Shown: positions 9,670 through 19,600 of the stretch, one piece after another
Position numbering within the stretch: position 1 is the first letter of the stretch
Layout of the letters: each line of letters starts with the position of its first letter
Source of the DNA: an uncultured delta proteobacterium
Lineage (GTDB): Bacteria; Myxococcota_A; UBA9160; UBA4427
Assembly: GCA_963822965.1 (NCBI GenBank)
Contig: CAWGJT010000010.1
Location: forward strand, 864,001 to 928,000
Reading direction: 5' to 3'
DNA: 64,000 nucleotides
The notes under the pieces: model-generated
Told to the model about the DNA's origin: nothing
The model's database searches: none
Seen by the model: only the letters and a program-made list of their open reading frames with translations
Made by a program: the position numbers and the translations under genes

Positions 9670-11172
9670 CTACTCTCGTGGCTGGACGATATCCGATCCT
9701 GTCGCCGCAGTCGGCGGCGAGAGGCCGTCGATTTCCCGTCGGATCGCCCGGTGCCGCTCCCGGTCGATGTCGTATCCCCAGAGGAGCGCCACTGGAACCA
9801 GAATCAGGATCAGGACGCAGGGGCCATAGACGATCCCCAGGCCCTGCACCACGGCGCCGGGCACGAAGGAGGGATCGGCATTGGGGTCGAGACCCACCCA
9901 GTCGATGGCCACGCCCGCGAGCAGCGTGCCGAGGCCCGACGTCGCCTTCCCCACGAACGAGACGCTGCTGTAGTAGATGCCCTCCTGCCGGGTTCCGTGC
10001 AGGCGCTCGTGCTCGTCGGTCACGTCGGCGACCATCGAGCTGGTGACGACGCTGAGCACGCCCATCCCGAATCCGCCCACGGTGCCGCCGGCCATGAGCA
10101 GCGCGGTGGTCAGCGTCTCTCCGTTGGCGGGTGCGAGACCCAGGAGCCGCGCGTTGACCATCAGCGACGTGAAGAACGCGAACCACAACATCCCCAGGAT
10201 GGCGGCATTGCGCTTGCTGCCCATGCGGTGCGCAATGGGCGTGGCGATCAGGGCGCCGATCACGCCGCCCCCCATCCCCGCCGACAGCAGGGCGCCGAGT
10301 GCGGTGCCCTCGAGCTGCCAGAAGAAGGTGAGGATGTAGGTGGCGAGGGTCGCGAGCAGGCCCATGACCGCCGCGTTCGCGATCATCGCCGCCAGCACGA
10401 AGCGGAAGGGTCGCACGGAGACCGCCTCCCGCAGCTCGCGCCCGAGGCGAAGGAGTCGGAGGGGCTCGTAGTGCTCGGGCGCGCGCGGCAGCCGGGGAAT
10501 GTACGCGTGGGTGCCGAGCCCCGAGAGCAGGATCGTCACCGCCATGGCGACGGCGGCGGTCGCCGCAAAGGCCGGGTAGTGCGTCCGGTCGAGCTGGCCC
10601 CCGTCCCCGAAGAAGAACACGAAGCCTCCCATGATGACGCTGACGGCCCCGCCGATGGACAGAAACGAGCGCACGGAGGCCAGGGTCGTGCGCTCGTCGT
10701 AGTCGCGGGTGAGCTCGGCGCCGAGCGTCATGTGCGGCACGGAGTAGAACGTGAGCGCCACCCGGGTCGCGATGGCGAAGCCGGCGAGCCACAGGAAGAG
10801 CCCCGTCTGGCCGAGCCCCTCGGGCGGCACGAAGAGCAGGTAGAAGACGATCGCGAAGGGCACGGCGGAGCCGTACATGAACGGATGCCGGCGCCCCCAG
10901 CGCGATTGGTGTCGATCGGAGATCGATCCCACCAGGGGATCCGTGACGGCGTCGACCACCAGCGCCGCGAAGAGCGCCCAGCCCGAGAGGGTTCCCGAAA
11001 GACCGAGCGCCTGGTTGTAGTAGAAGAGCAGGAAGTAGCTGAAGGCGCCGTTCTTGATGCCCTCGGCATAGGAGCCCAGCCCGAATGCGATCCGCCCCGG
11101 CCAGGACACGGAAGGCGCCCGGGGCGTCGCGAGAGACGCGGGGCTCGATACGTTCTGCATGGCCCGATTCAA
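9670..11172 (-). CDS. MFS transporter, GPH/MelB family
   Basis: DAVTDPLVGSISDR, WGRRHPF, LTRDYDERT, SMVADVTD...RQEG; about 12 TM segments. Confidence 0.92.
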   Translation of the reverse strand: MNRAMQNVSSPASLATPRAPSVSWPGRIAFGLGSYAEGIKNGAFSYFLLFYYNQALGLSGTLSGWALFAALVVDAVTDPLVGSISDRHQSRWGRRHPFMYGSAVPFAIVFYLLFVPPEGLGQTGLFLWLAGFAIATRVALTFYSVPHMTLGAELTRDYDERTTLASVRSFLSIGGAVSVIMGGFVFFFGDGGQLDRTHYPAFAATAAVAMAVTILLSGLGTHAYIPRLPRAPEHYEPLRLLRLGRELREAVSVRPFRFVLAAMIANAAVMGLLATLATYILTFFWQLEGTALGALLSAGMGGGVIGALIATPIAHRMGSKRNAAILGMLWFAFFTSLMVNARLLGLAPANGETLTTALLMAGGTVGGFGMGVLSVVTSSMVADVTDEHERLHGTRQEGIYYSSVSFVGKATSGLGTLLAGVAIDWVGLDPNADPSFVPGAVVQGLGIVYGPCVLILILVPVALLWGYDIDRERHRAIRREIDGLSPPTAATGSDIVQPRE

Positions 11173-11209
11173 GCACAGGCGATCCGGGACCGGGCGGAGG
11201 AGGAAGCGA

Positions 11210-11539
11210 ATGATCTTCGTCTTCGAGGTGCACCTGCGCGGTGGCTACCCGGCGTCGCAGTACGCGGAGGCCTGGGTGCGGGCCAGTGAGATCATCCAGA
11301 CGGCGCCCGGAGCCCGCGGGACCCGCCTGCACCGGAAGCTCGGGGACCCGCAGGTGCTGGTGGCGATCGCGAGCTGGGACTCCAAGGAGGCGCGCGACGC
11401 CGCCGAGGCCCAGCGCGATCCGAGGGTGCAGGCCATCCTCGACGAGCAGGCGCGGCACGTCGAGATCCGCGTCATCGGGGAGCTCGACGATCCCGACTGG
11501 GTCGTCCTCCCGCCCGGCGGCGCAGCCGAAGCCGGGTGA
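11210..11539 (+). CDS. Antibiotic biosynthesis monooxygenase (ABM)-like protein
   Basis: GGAGGAGG RBS; PGARGTRLHR...AIASWDS pattern; about 109 aa. Confidence 0.75.
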   Translation: MIFVFEVHLRGGYPASQYAEAWVRASEIIQTAPGARGTRLHRKLGDPQVLVAIASWDSKEARDAAEAQRDPRVQAILDEQARHVEIRVIGELDDPDWVVLPPGGAAEAG

Positions 11540-11571
11540 GGCTCGTTGGCGAGGGAGCTTCGGGCGGCATC

Positions 11572-11610
11572 GGGAGTCGCGCCCCGATCCGGATGACGGG
11601 TCCGGGCTAG
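11572..11610 (+). repeat. Truncated copy of the 38.7-kb structured element
   Basis: GGGAGTCGCGCCCCGATCCGGATGACGGGTCCGGGCTAG matches 38675-38713 at 35/39 positions, ungapped. Confidence 0.85.
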
Positions 11611-12263
11611 AGCAGGTGGGCCAGCTGCTCGCGGGACCAGACCCCCATGTACTTGACGTTCGGCTCGTGGAGCCGGTCCTCGATCAGGTGCAGCGGCTCG
11701 GGCAGGTCGAAGGGGGCCCGCTGCAGGTTGAGACGACGCACGGCGCCCGTCGTCGAGTCGCGATTCGTCTCGATCGAAGGAAAGGTGTTCGTCATCAGGT
11801 AGCGGCACGACGAACGCGCCGCGTTTCGCAGCGCCCCGAGCACCTGCTCGTTGGTCAGGTGGATGAAGCAGTCCCGGCAGAAGAAGACGTCCGCCTCGGG
11901 CAGCGGGCCCTCGATGATGTCGAGCTTGACGAAGCTTCGCTTCTCGTCGCCGTGCTCGCGCTGCAGGCGCTCCACGAGGGCGCTCACGATGTCTCCGCCG
12001 ATGTACGCATCGAGGTCCCAATCGACGGCGCGCATCCAGTTGAAATCGCCGCAGGGAGCGTCGAGGATGCTGTGCGCGTCGAGCGTCCGGAAGAGCCCGG
12101 GCAGCGCGGCCCGCAGCGCCTCGGTCCCGGAGACCGTCGAGCCGATGCCCGAGACCGACTCCTCGGACTGCCAGAGGTGCTCCTCGTAGAAGGCGTTGAA
12201 GGCCTCCTCGGTGGATCGGCCCGCAAATCGGCTCCGGCCCCGGTAGATCGTCGCCCCGAGCAC
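11607..12263 (-). CDS. Class I SAM-dependent methyltransferase (5' end uncertain, possibly truncated)
   Basis: ESVSGIGS, ILDAPCGDFNWM, YIGGDIV, CRDCFIHL, LNLQRAPF. Confidence 0.8.
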   Translation of the reverse strand: MLGATIYRGRSRFAGRSTEEAFNAFYEEHLWQSEESVSGIGSTVSGTEALRAALPGLFRTLDAHSILDAPCGDFNWMRAVDWDLDAYIGGDIVSALVERLQREHGDEKRSFVKLDIIEGPLPEADVFFCRDCFIHLTNEQVLGALRNAARSSCRYLMTNTFPSIETNRDSTTGAVRRLNLQRAPFDLPEPLHLIEDRLHEPNVKYMGVWSREQLAHLL

Positions 12264-12981
12264 CCTACGCAGGGCGCGTGCTGTGCATCTCGAAGAGTGT
12301 TCGCGCGAGCCTCGCAGGGAGGTCGCCGAAGCGAAGCTCCGCATCGTGTACGACGGCGTCGAGGTGCCGGCAGAAAGGCCCCCCCGACGCGACGTGGGTG
12401 GGGCGCCGGTCGTGGCCATGGTGGGAAGGCTCGTGGACTGGAAGGGGCAGCACCTGCTCGTCGAGGCCGCGCCCCTCGTCCTCGAGCGGGTTCCCGACGC
12501 GCGGATCGTGTTCGTCGGAGGCGCCCCGCCCGACGGAAACGACGCCTATGCGCGCAGACTGCGAGACCTCGCGCGAGAGCTCGGCGTGGCCGATCGCTGT
12601 GAGTTCCTGGGGCCGGTCTTCGACGTGGAACGCCGCATGCGCGAATCGTTCGACGTCGTGGTCCACGCCTCGACGACGCCGGAGCCCTTCGGGCTGGTCG
12701 TCGCCGAGGCCATGGCTGCGGGATGTCCCGTGGTGGCGAGCGACGCGGGCGGGCCCGCGGAGATCGTCGAGGACGGTCGTTCCGGGCTGCTCTTCCGAAC
12801 CGGCGACCCGAAAGACCTGGCGGGGAAGATCGTCCGGGTGCTGCAGGAGCCCGGCCTCGCCGGAGCGCTCGCGGAGGCAGGCTGGCAGCGGGTGCGCGAG
12901 CGGTTCGACGCGCGGCGCACGGCGGCCGAGGTGATGGCCGTGTGGGAGGAGGTATTGCACGGCGCGGATCCGGGTGCCTGA
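12260..12981 (+). pseudogene. Glycosyltransferase family 4, C-terminal part (5'-truncated, frameshift at about 12318)
   Basis: RVLCISKSVRASLAG in one frame joins EVAEAKLRIVYDGV in another; VGRLVDWKGQ, EPFGLVVAEAMAAG. Most of the N-terminal domain is missing. Confidence 0.8.
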
Positions 12982-13121
12982 GGTCGTCGCCTACCGGGCC
13001 CGGCGTCCTGCTCACCCGGCCCTGAACACGCCGATCCGAGTGGGCGAGCGGCACGTTTCGCTCGACCTGGCAACGCCTTGGCGGTGTACAATGGGGGCAT
13101 CCCCGCACCCCGAGGCTCTGT

Positions 13122-16100
13122 TTGCGTCTTCCGCTGTTCTGCCGGCTGGTACTGCACGTGTTGCTCGGAAGCATCGCCGGGTCGGCCAGTGCAGCCGTGT
13201 GTCATTCCGTCGGATCCGCCAGCTGGAACGGCATCGCCGACGCTGCGCCCTGGGACTGTCCGACGACGGGACCCGGCGACTCCTTCGAGGTCGAGTCGGG
13301 CCACACGATCACGATCACCGCGCCGATCCAGTGGACGCAGGTGACCCCGGTGGCGTCGCCGGGACGCGGCCCGTCCCTCACCGTCCGCGACGGCGGACGG
13401 CTCGTCTGCCGGCTGGCGGACGGCTGTACCGGAATCGACTGGGACGGGGGCCTGATCGTCGAGGGCAGCGGCCAGCTGACGGCTCGCGGCCGGTACCTCG
13501 ACCTGGACCGCGCCATCCCCGGCCTGGTGGATACGGCGGCGGAGGCGGGCCTGCTGCCCGCGGGAGACGTGGTGCCTTGTCCCGTCTGGAACTTCTCGGG
13601 CTTCGTGTCGGACTGCGCGCTCGGCGACCCGAACCACGTGGCGCTCGTCTACCCTCACGCCGAGGCCACGGCCTCGATCCTGGCCTCCGTGGCCGCCATC
13701 CAGCCCGGCGATACGTGGATCTGGGTGGATCCGGACATCTCGGATCCTGACGATGCACCCGTCGACGAGAACTTCCCGTACGAGGTCGTCTTCGCGGATG
13801 CGGACTTCGCCGGGGCCGGCACGCACGCGGTCGTGGTCCTGGACGTCCGGCAGACGGATCCGAACGATCCGATCGACAACGACGGGCCCGAAGCCCACTA
13901 CCCGACGAGCCTGCGACAGATCCGCCAGGCGACCGTGGACCCGGGCGCGCCCACCACGCAAGGGAGCCTGGACGGCCGGCCGTTCCTCCTGTTCGTCGAC
14001 CCCGCCGTGCTGCCGAGGATCGCCGTCTATTCGAAGCCGGGCGATCCGGCGGACGGATGGGTCCGGGAGGAGCTGGTGGGTCGCTTCGTGCGACCGTTCT
14101 GCGGTGCAGGCATTCCCTGCCCCTATGCCTGGCGGATCGTTCGCACCTACGACGCCCTGGCGGACGGACTGTCGCCCTACGGCGACTGTCCGGGGGGCTC
14201 GGGCACGTGCGACGCCCTGGAGGTATACACGCCCTTCGGGCTCGATCGGGCTGTCGCCCCGGGCGACTCGCTCCTGGTCGACTACGGCTTCGCTCCGGGG
14301 GATCTCGCGCTGGTGCGTCGGGACGTGCGGCTTCGGGATGCAGGTCCGAGCCAGGCGGCTCCGCCGGGCCGGCATCGCCTGGACCTGTCGTCGCTCACGG
14401 GCGACGACCGCCTCGATCTGCGGGCCGTGATCGTGGAAGACACGGCGATCGAGCTGGATCGCACCGACGGCGCGGGCTCGAGCTTTGTCGACGTGTGGGT
14501 TCGTGACCCGTACCACGGAACCGGGAACTCGATCTTCTCGATGCAGGACGCGGACGACTGGCACTGGGAGCGGGTCTCGGTCTCGCTCAACCTGCGACCG
14601 GGCGTCGCCATCACGCGACCGCACGGGGTGACCTGGGGCAGCGGCCCCGATGCCGGCGAGATCACTGGCTGGCAGGTGGACCAGCTCGGATGGCGCTACG
14701 TGGCGGACGACTGGATCTCGTGCGGAGGCAACGGCGGCGTGACGGGAAGCGAGATCACGGGCCGTCGGGTCCGCTTCCAGTGGGCGAGCGACCTCTCGAG
14801 CTCGCAGCAGTTTGCGTCGGACAACTCGACCTGTCCCCGAAACTTCGATGCCCACTGGATAGACGCGGAGTGCGTGCAGTGCTCGACCCCGGCGGCGGGC
14901 GTGCTGGGCAACCGGATCGGGCGTTACGAGGGACTGCTGGTGATCGCCTCGAGCGGACACATCGGGCCGGGGGCGGGAGCTCTCGCAGGGGTCGAGACGA
15001 TGCAGGATGTGATGGTCCTGGGCTCCACCTATTCTGCGCCCAATGCGCCGGTCGATCACTTCGTGTACGCGCACATCGACGGTTGTGGTGGCGGTCAGCA
15101 ACACGCCTTCTTCGGCCAGCTGAACGACGTCGAGCAACGCAACGGGCTGGTGCGGGATTCGCTGCTGCGCCGCGGCTTCTATCGAACCGAGTCGGCGACT
15201 TCGGAGAGCCCGGGCATGGTCGGGGACGCGGTGTTCGAGAACGTGCTGTTTCTGGACACCGGGGACATCGACGAGGCGCCCGGCTGTCCGGGGGCGCCCG
15301 ACTACGGCACCCGCAACCCGCCGATCGACGCCTGTCCCGTGGGGGTCATTCCGCCGGATCGGCCCGCCCAGTGCGAGGGCCTGCGCATCAACCCCCGGAT
15401 CGGTACCGACGCCGGCATCCAGTGGCGCAACGTGACGATGGCGCAGCGCCCGCGATCGCCGATCTCGTTCGCCTCGATGCTGTTCTCGAACGACGCGAGC
15501 GCTCCTTACTCGCAGATCGACGGCTTCCTCTTCTGGAAGCCTTCCCCGCCGCTCGGCACCACCTCGCAGACACCGGGGCAGGAGTGGCCCATCTACTGCC
15601 CCACCGGCGCCAGGTGCGCCCAGATCCTGGCGCTGCAGCAGGAGCCCCACTGCTTCGCGAGCAGCTTCGAGGCCATCGAGGGCGGCGGGCACGAAGGGCT
15701 GTATCCCTCGGAGACGGTCTCCGGCGAGCCGCTCGACCTTGCGGGCCCCGCTCGCGGAGACTTCACCCCGCTTGCCGGGGGGCGCGCGGACGGGGCGGGC
15801 TGCGGCATCGAGGGCGGCAGCGAGGCGCCGGGCATCGCCGACTGGCGGCCCATGCACCGGTGGCTCCGTCAGGCGCCCGAGACCGCGAGTCGCCCCCACG
15901 AGGCCTGGCTCGACAGCGACGGCGACGGGATGCGGGACGTCTTCGAGGTGCGATACGGATTCGATCGCCTGCTGGGCGATGAGGAGCCCGACGGCATTCC
16001 CGACGGCATGCAGGACCCGGACGCCGACGGTCTGGGCAACGAGGACGAGGACCGTCACGGCACCGATCCACGCGTGGCCGACAGCGACGGCGATGGGCTG

Positions 16101-16430
16101 CTGGACGGCTTCGAGGTGGCGGGAGGCCTCGACCCGCTGCACGACGGGACCGGGGATGCGCGGCAGGGCGCGCTGGGCGACGGCGACGCGGACGGTCTCG
16201 ACAACCTCGCCGAGCAGCAGGCTGGGACGGCCCCGGACGACCCGGACACCGACGGCGACGGCTACGACGACGGTGAAGAGGCCGCGGCGGGCACCGACGG
16301 CTCGAACCCATTCTCGCACCCGATGCCCGGGCGGCTGCCGGTCCTCGGCGGCGTCGGCCTGGCCACGCTGGCCACGCTCCTCGCCGGGCTGGGAGCGGCC
16401 GTGTCCTACGGCGGTGTCCGGCGTCGCTGA
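13122..16430 (+). CDS. Large secreted/surface-anchored protein with G8-like N-terminus, DxDxDG Ca-binding repeats and C-terminal sorting tail
   Basis: Signal peptide ending ASA; SWNG...WDC...GDSFEVESGHTITI; many Cys; DSDGDG/DADGL/DTDGDG repeats; LPVLGGVG + TM helix + RRR tail. Confidence 0.75.
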   Translation: MRLPLFCRLVLHVLLGSIAGSASAAVCHSVGSASWNGIADAAPWDCPTTGPGDSFEVESGHTITITAPIQWTQVTPVASPGRGPSLTVRDGGRLVCRLADGCTGIDWDGGLIVEGSGQLTARGRYLDLDRAIPGLVDTAAEAGLLPAGDVVPCPVWNFSGFVSDCALGDPNHVALVYPHAEATASILASVAAIQPGDTWIWVDPDISDPDDAPVDENFPYEVVFADADFAGAGTHAVVVLDVRQTDPNDPIDNDGPEAHYPTSLRQIRQATVDPGAPTTQGSLDGRPFLLFVDPAVLPRIAVYSKPGDPADGWVREELVGRFVRPFCGAGIPCPYAWRIVRTYDALADGLSPYGDCPGGSGTCDALEVYTPFGLDRAVAPGDSLLVDYGFAPGDLALVRRDVRLRDAGPSQAAPPGRHRLDLSSLTGDDRLDLRAVIVEDTAIELDRTDGAGSSFVDVWVRDPYHGTGNSIFSMQDADDWHWERVSVSLNLRPGVAITRPHGVTWGSGPDAGEITGWQVDQLGWRYVADDWISCGGNGGVTGSEITGRRVRFQWASDLSSSQQFASDNSTCPRNFDAHWIDAECVQCSTPAAGVLGNRIGRYEGLLVIASSGHIGPGAGALAGVETMQDVMVLGSTYSAPNAPVDHFVYAHIDGCGGGQQHAFFGQLNDVEQRNGLVRDSLLRRGFYRTESATSESPGMVGDAVFENVLFLDTGDIDEAPGCPGAPDYGTRNPPIDACPVGVIPPDRPAQCEGLRINPRIGTDAGIQWRNVTMAQRPRSPISFASMLFSNDASAPYSQIDGFLFWKPSPPLGTTSQTPGQEWPIYCPTGARCAQILALQQEPHCFASSFEAIEGGGHEGLYPSETVSGEPLDLAGPARGDFTPLAGGRADGAGCGIEGGSEAPGIADWRPMHRWLRQAPETASRPHEAWLDSDGDGMRDVFEVRYGFDRLLGDEEPDGIPDGMQDPDADGLGNEDEDRHGTDPRVADSDGDGLLDGFEVAGGLDPLHDGTGDARQGALGDGDADGLDNLAEQQAGTAPDDPDTDGDGYDDGEEAAAGTDGSNPFSHPMPGRLPVLGGVGLATLATLLAGLGAAVSYGGVRRR

Positions 16431-16616
16431 CGAGCCCTCGCGGGGCCACGGAGGCGGCCAGCGGGCCCTCGCGACGGGCGCGGAACCGCCGCTCCGCGGG
16501 CCGGGTTCGTAAGGAGACGGGGCCCTTCCGCGCGGCGCCGGAGGGACGCTTCGCCCCAGACCGCGGGCGCATGTCCCAGCGAGGCGCGGCGAGGAGCCTC
16601 CAGCTTCGGCTTCGCG

Positions 16617-16632
16617 TGGCACGGAAGCTGCT
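16617..16632 (+). promoter_or_regulatory. Putative sigma54 (-24/-12) promoter of the PFOR operon
   Basis: TGGCAC-GGAAG-CTGCT matches TGGCAC-N5-TTGCW with one mismatch, ending 37 nt before ATG 16670. Confidence 0.6.
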
Positions 16633-16669
16633 ACGCACCCCTTGGAGCCGTGGCGGGGAGGGGCATTCG

Positions 16670-19600
16670 ATGAATCCGAGAGGTCGCACCTGCATCGACG
16701 GCAACGAGGCGGCGGCGCGGGTCGCGCATCGGCTCTCCGAAGTGGTCGCGATCTACCCCATCACACCGGCGTCGCCCATGGGCGAGTACGCCGACGCCTG
16801 GAGCGCCCGCGGCGAGACCAACCTGTGGGGGCAGGTCCCCACCGTCATCGAGATGCAGAGCGAGGCCGGCGCGGCGGGCGCGCTGCACGGCGCGGTCCAG
16901 CGGGGTGCGCTCGCCACCACCTTCACCGCCTCTCAGGGCCTGCTCCTGATGATCCCGAACTTGTACAAGATCGCCGGTGAGCTCACGCCCTGCGTGCTGC
17001 ACGTGGCGGCGCGGACGGTGGCGACGCATGCCCTCTCGATCTTCGGCGACCACAGCGACGTGATGGCGGTGCGTCAGACGGGCTTCGCGCTGCTGGCCAG
17101 CGGCTCGGTCCAGGAGGCGCACGACCTGGCGCTGGTGGCGCACGCCGCTTCGCTGCGCTCCCGCGTTCCGTTCCTCCACTTCTTCGACGGCTTCCGCACG
17201 TCCCACGAGATGAACACCATCGAGCTGCTCGAGGACGACGACCTGCGCGCGCTCGTTCGCGAGCAGGACGTCGCGGCCCATCGCGCACGCCGGCTCACCC
17301 CCGACGCACCGGTGCTGCGCGGCTCGGCGCAGAACCCGGACGTCTTCTTCCAGGCGCGCGAGGCCTGCGAGCCGTTCTACGCGGACGTGCCGGCGGCGGT
17401 CGCCGAGATCTTCGAGACCTTGGCCGCCCGCACGGGGCGGCACTACGGGCTGGTGGACTACGTGGGCGAGCCCGACCCGGAGCACGTGCTCGTCCTCATG
17501 GGGTCGGGGGCCGGCGCGGCGAGCCAGGCGGTAGAGTCGCTGCGGCAGAGCGGTCGCCGGGTGGGCCTGCTGGTGATTCGGCTCTACCGGCCCTTCCCGC
17601 GCGAGGCCCTGCTGCGTGCGCTGCCCGACTCGGTGCGCGCGGTGGCGGTGCTCGACCGCACCAAGGAGCCTGGAGCCGCCGGCGAGCCCCTCTACCTGGA
17701 CGTCGTGGCCGCGCTGGCCGAGCGGGCCATGGAACGCGGCGAGGCCATGCCGCGGGTGGCCGGCGGCCGGTACGGCCTCGGGGGCAAGGAGTTCACCCCG
17801 GCCCATGCAAAGGCCGTATTCGATGCTCTCGCCGGCGACGGCCCGCCCCGGAGCTTTACCGTCGGCATCGTGGACGACGTCAGCCGTTCGAGCCTCCCGG
17901 TGGACGCGGCCTTTCGCGTGCCCCATGCGGGCGTGTCGGCCCTCTTCTTCGGGCTCGGGAGCGACGGGACGGTGGGCGCCACGAAGAGCTCGGCCAGGAT
18001 CCTCGCCGAGCAGGCCGGGCTCCACGCCCAGGGCTACTTCGTCTACGACTCGAAGAAGTCGGGAGCGGTGACCGTCTCGCACCTGCGCTTCGGCGAGGCT
18101 CCCATTCGGGCCACGTACCAGATCGACGAGGCGGACTTCGTCGCCTGTCACCAACCGGGCTTCCTCGAGCGCATGCCCATCGCCGAGCGTTGCCGGAGCG
18201 GCGGCACGTTGCTGCTCAATACCCCGCACGCCGCCGCGGCGGTGTGGGACGTGCTGCCCCGAGAGGCCCAGGAGGCGATCCTCGCTCGCGGTCTGTCGCT
18301 CTACGTGATCGACGCCGATCGGGTGGCCGACGAGGTGGGCATGGGCCGTCAGATCAACACGGTGATGCAGCCGTGCTTCTTCGCGCTCGCGGGCGTGCTC
18401 CCGCGAGAGCAGGCTCTCGACGCCATCCGGGCCGAGATCCGGCGGGCCTACCGCAAGCGGGGACCCGCGGTGGTTCGCCGCAACCTGGCCGCGGTGGACC
18501 GGGCGCTCGAGGCGCTGCAGCCCGTGGCGATCCCCGCCGCCGCGAGCGCCGGCTCGGGACGTCGCCCGCCCGTGCCCGCGGGCTCGCCGGACTTCGTCGA
18601 GCGGGTGACGGCGCGGCTGCTGGCCGGGGAGGGCGATCTGCTCCCGGTCTCGGCGCTGCCCGTCGACGGCACCTTCCCGACCGGAACCGCGCGCTTCGAG
18701 AAGCGGGCCATCGCCCGGGAGATCCCCATCTGGAAGCCCGAGCTCTGCATCGACTGCGGGAAGTGCGCCATGGTGTGCCCGCACGCCGCCATCCGGATGA
18801 AGGTCTTTCCCGAGGCGTCCCTGGCCGAGGCCCCCGCGGACTTCCCCGCGAAGCCCTTCCGCTCCCGCGAGCTCCCGGACCACCTCATGACGATCCAGGT
18901 CGCACCCGACGACTGCACGGGCTGTGGCGTCTGCGTCGACGTGTGTCCGGCGCACAGCAAGGAGCAGGTGCGCATCAAGTCGATCAACATGGAGCCCGTC
19001 GAAGCGCACCGGGATCGGGAGCGCGAACGCTTCGACTTCTTCCTGAGCGTTCCCGAGCTCGACCGGCGTCTGCTGGCACCCGGCACCGTGAAGGGCGTGC
19101 AGACGCGCGAGCCCCTCTTCGAGTTCTCCGGGGCCTGTGCGGGCTGCGGAGAGACCCCCTACCTGAAGCTCCTCACCCAGCTCTTCGGCGACCGCATGGT
19201 CGTCGCGAACGCTACCGGCTGCTCGTCGATCTTCGGCGGCAACCTGCCCACGACGCCCTGGAGCCGCAATCCGGAAGGGCGGGGTCCCGCCTGGGCGAAC
19301 TCGCTCTTCGAGGACGACGCCGAGTTCGGGCTCGGCATGTGGCTGGCTCAGGAGCGCCTGGAGGCCGAGGCGCGCGCGCTGCTGGAGCAGCTCGCGCCGC
19401 GGCTGGGCGAGGAGGAGCTGGCGCGCGCGATCCTGGCCTCCGACCAGACGGGGGAGGTCGAGATCGCCGCCCAGCGCGAGCGCGTGGCGCGCCTGCGCGA
19501 ACGGCTCGCCGGCGCGGCAGGCGACCTCGACGGAGACGCGGCCGCCCGCCTCGCCCAGCTGGCCGACGAGCTGGTGCGCAAGTGCGTGTGGATCGTCGGC

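Noticed and set aside
15910..16310. Regularly spaced GAC-rich repeats.
   Set aside because: Coding DxDxDG calcium-binding repeats within the surface protein; no constant repeat/unique spacer structure.
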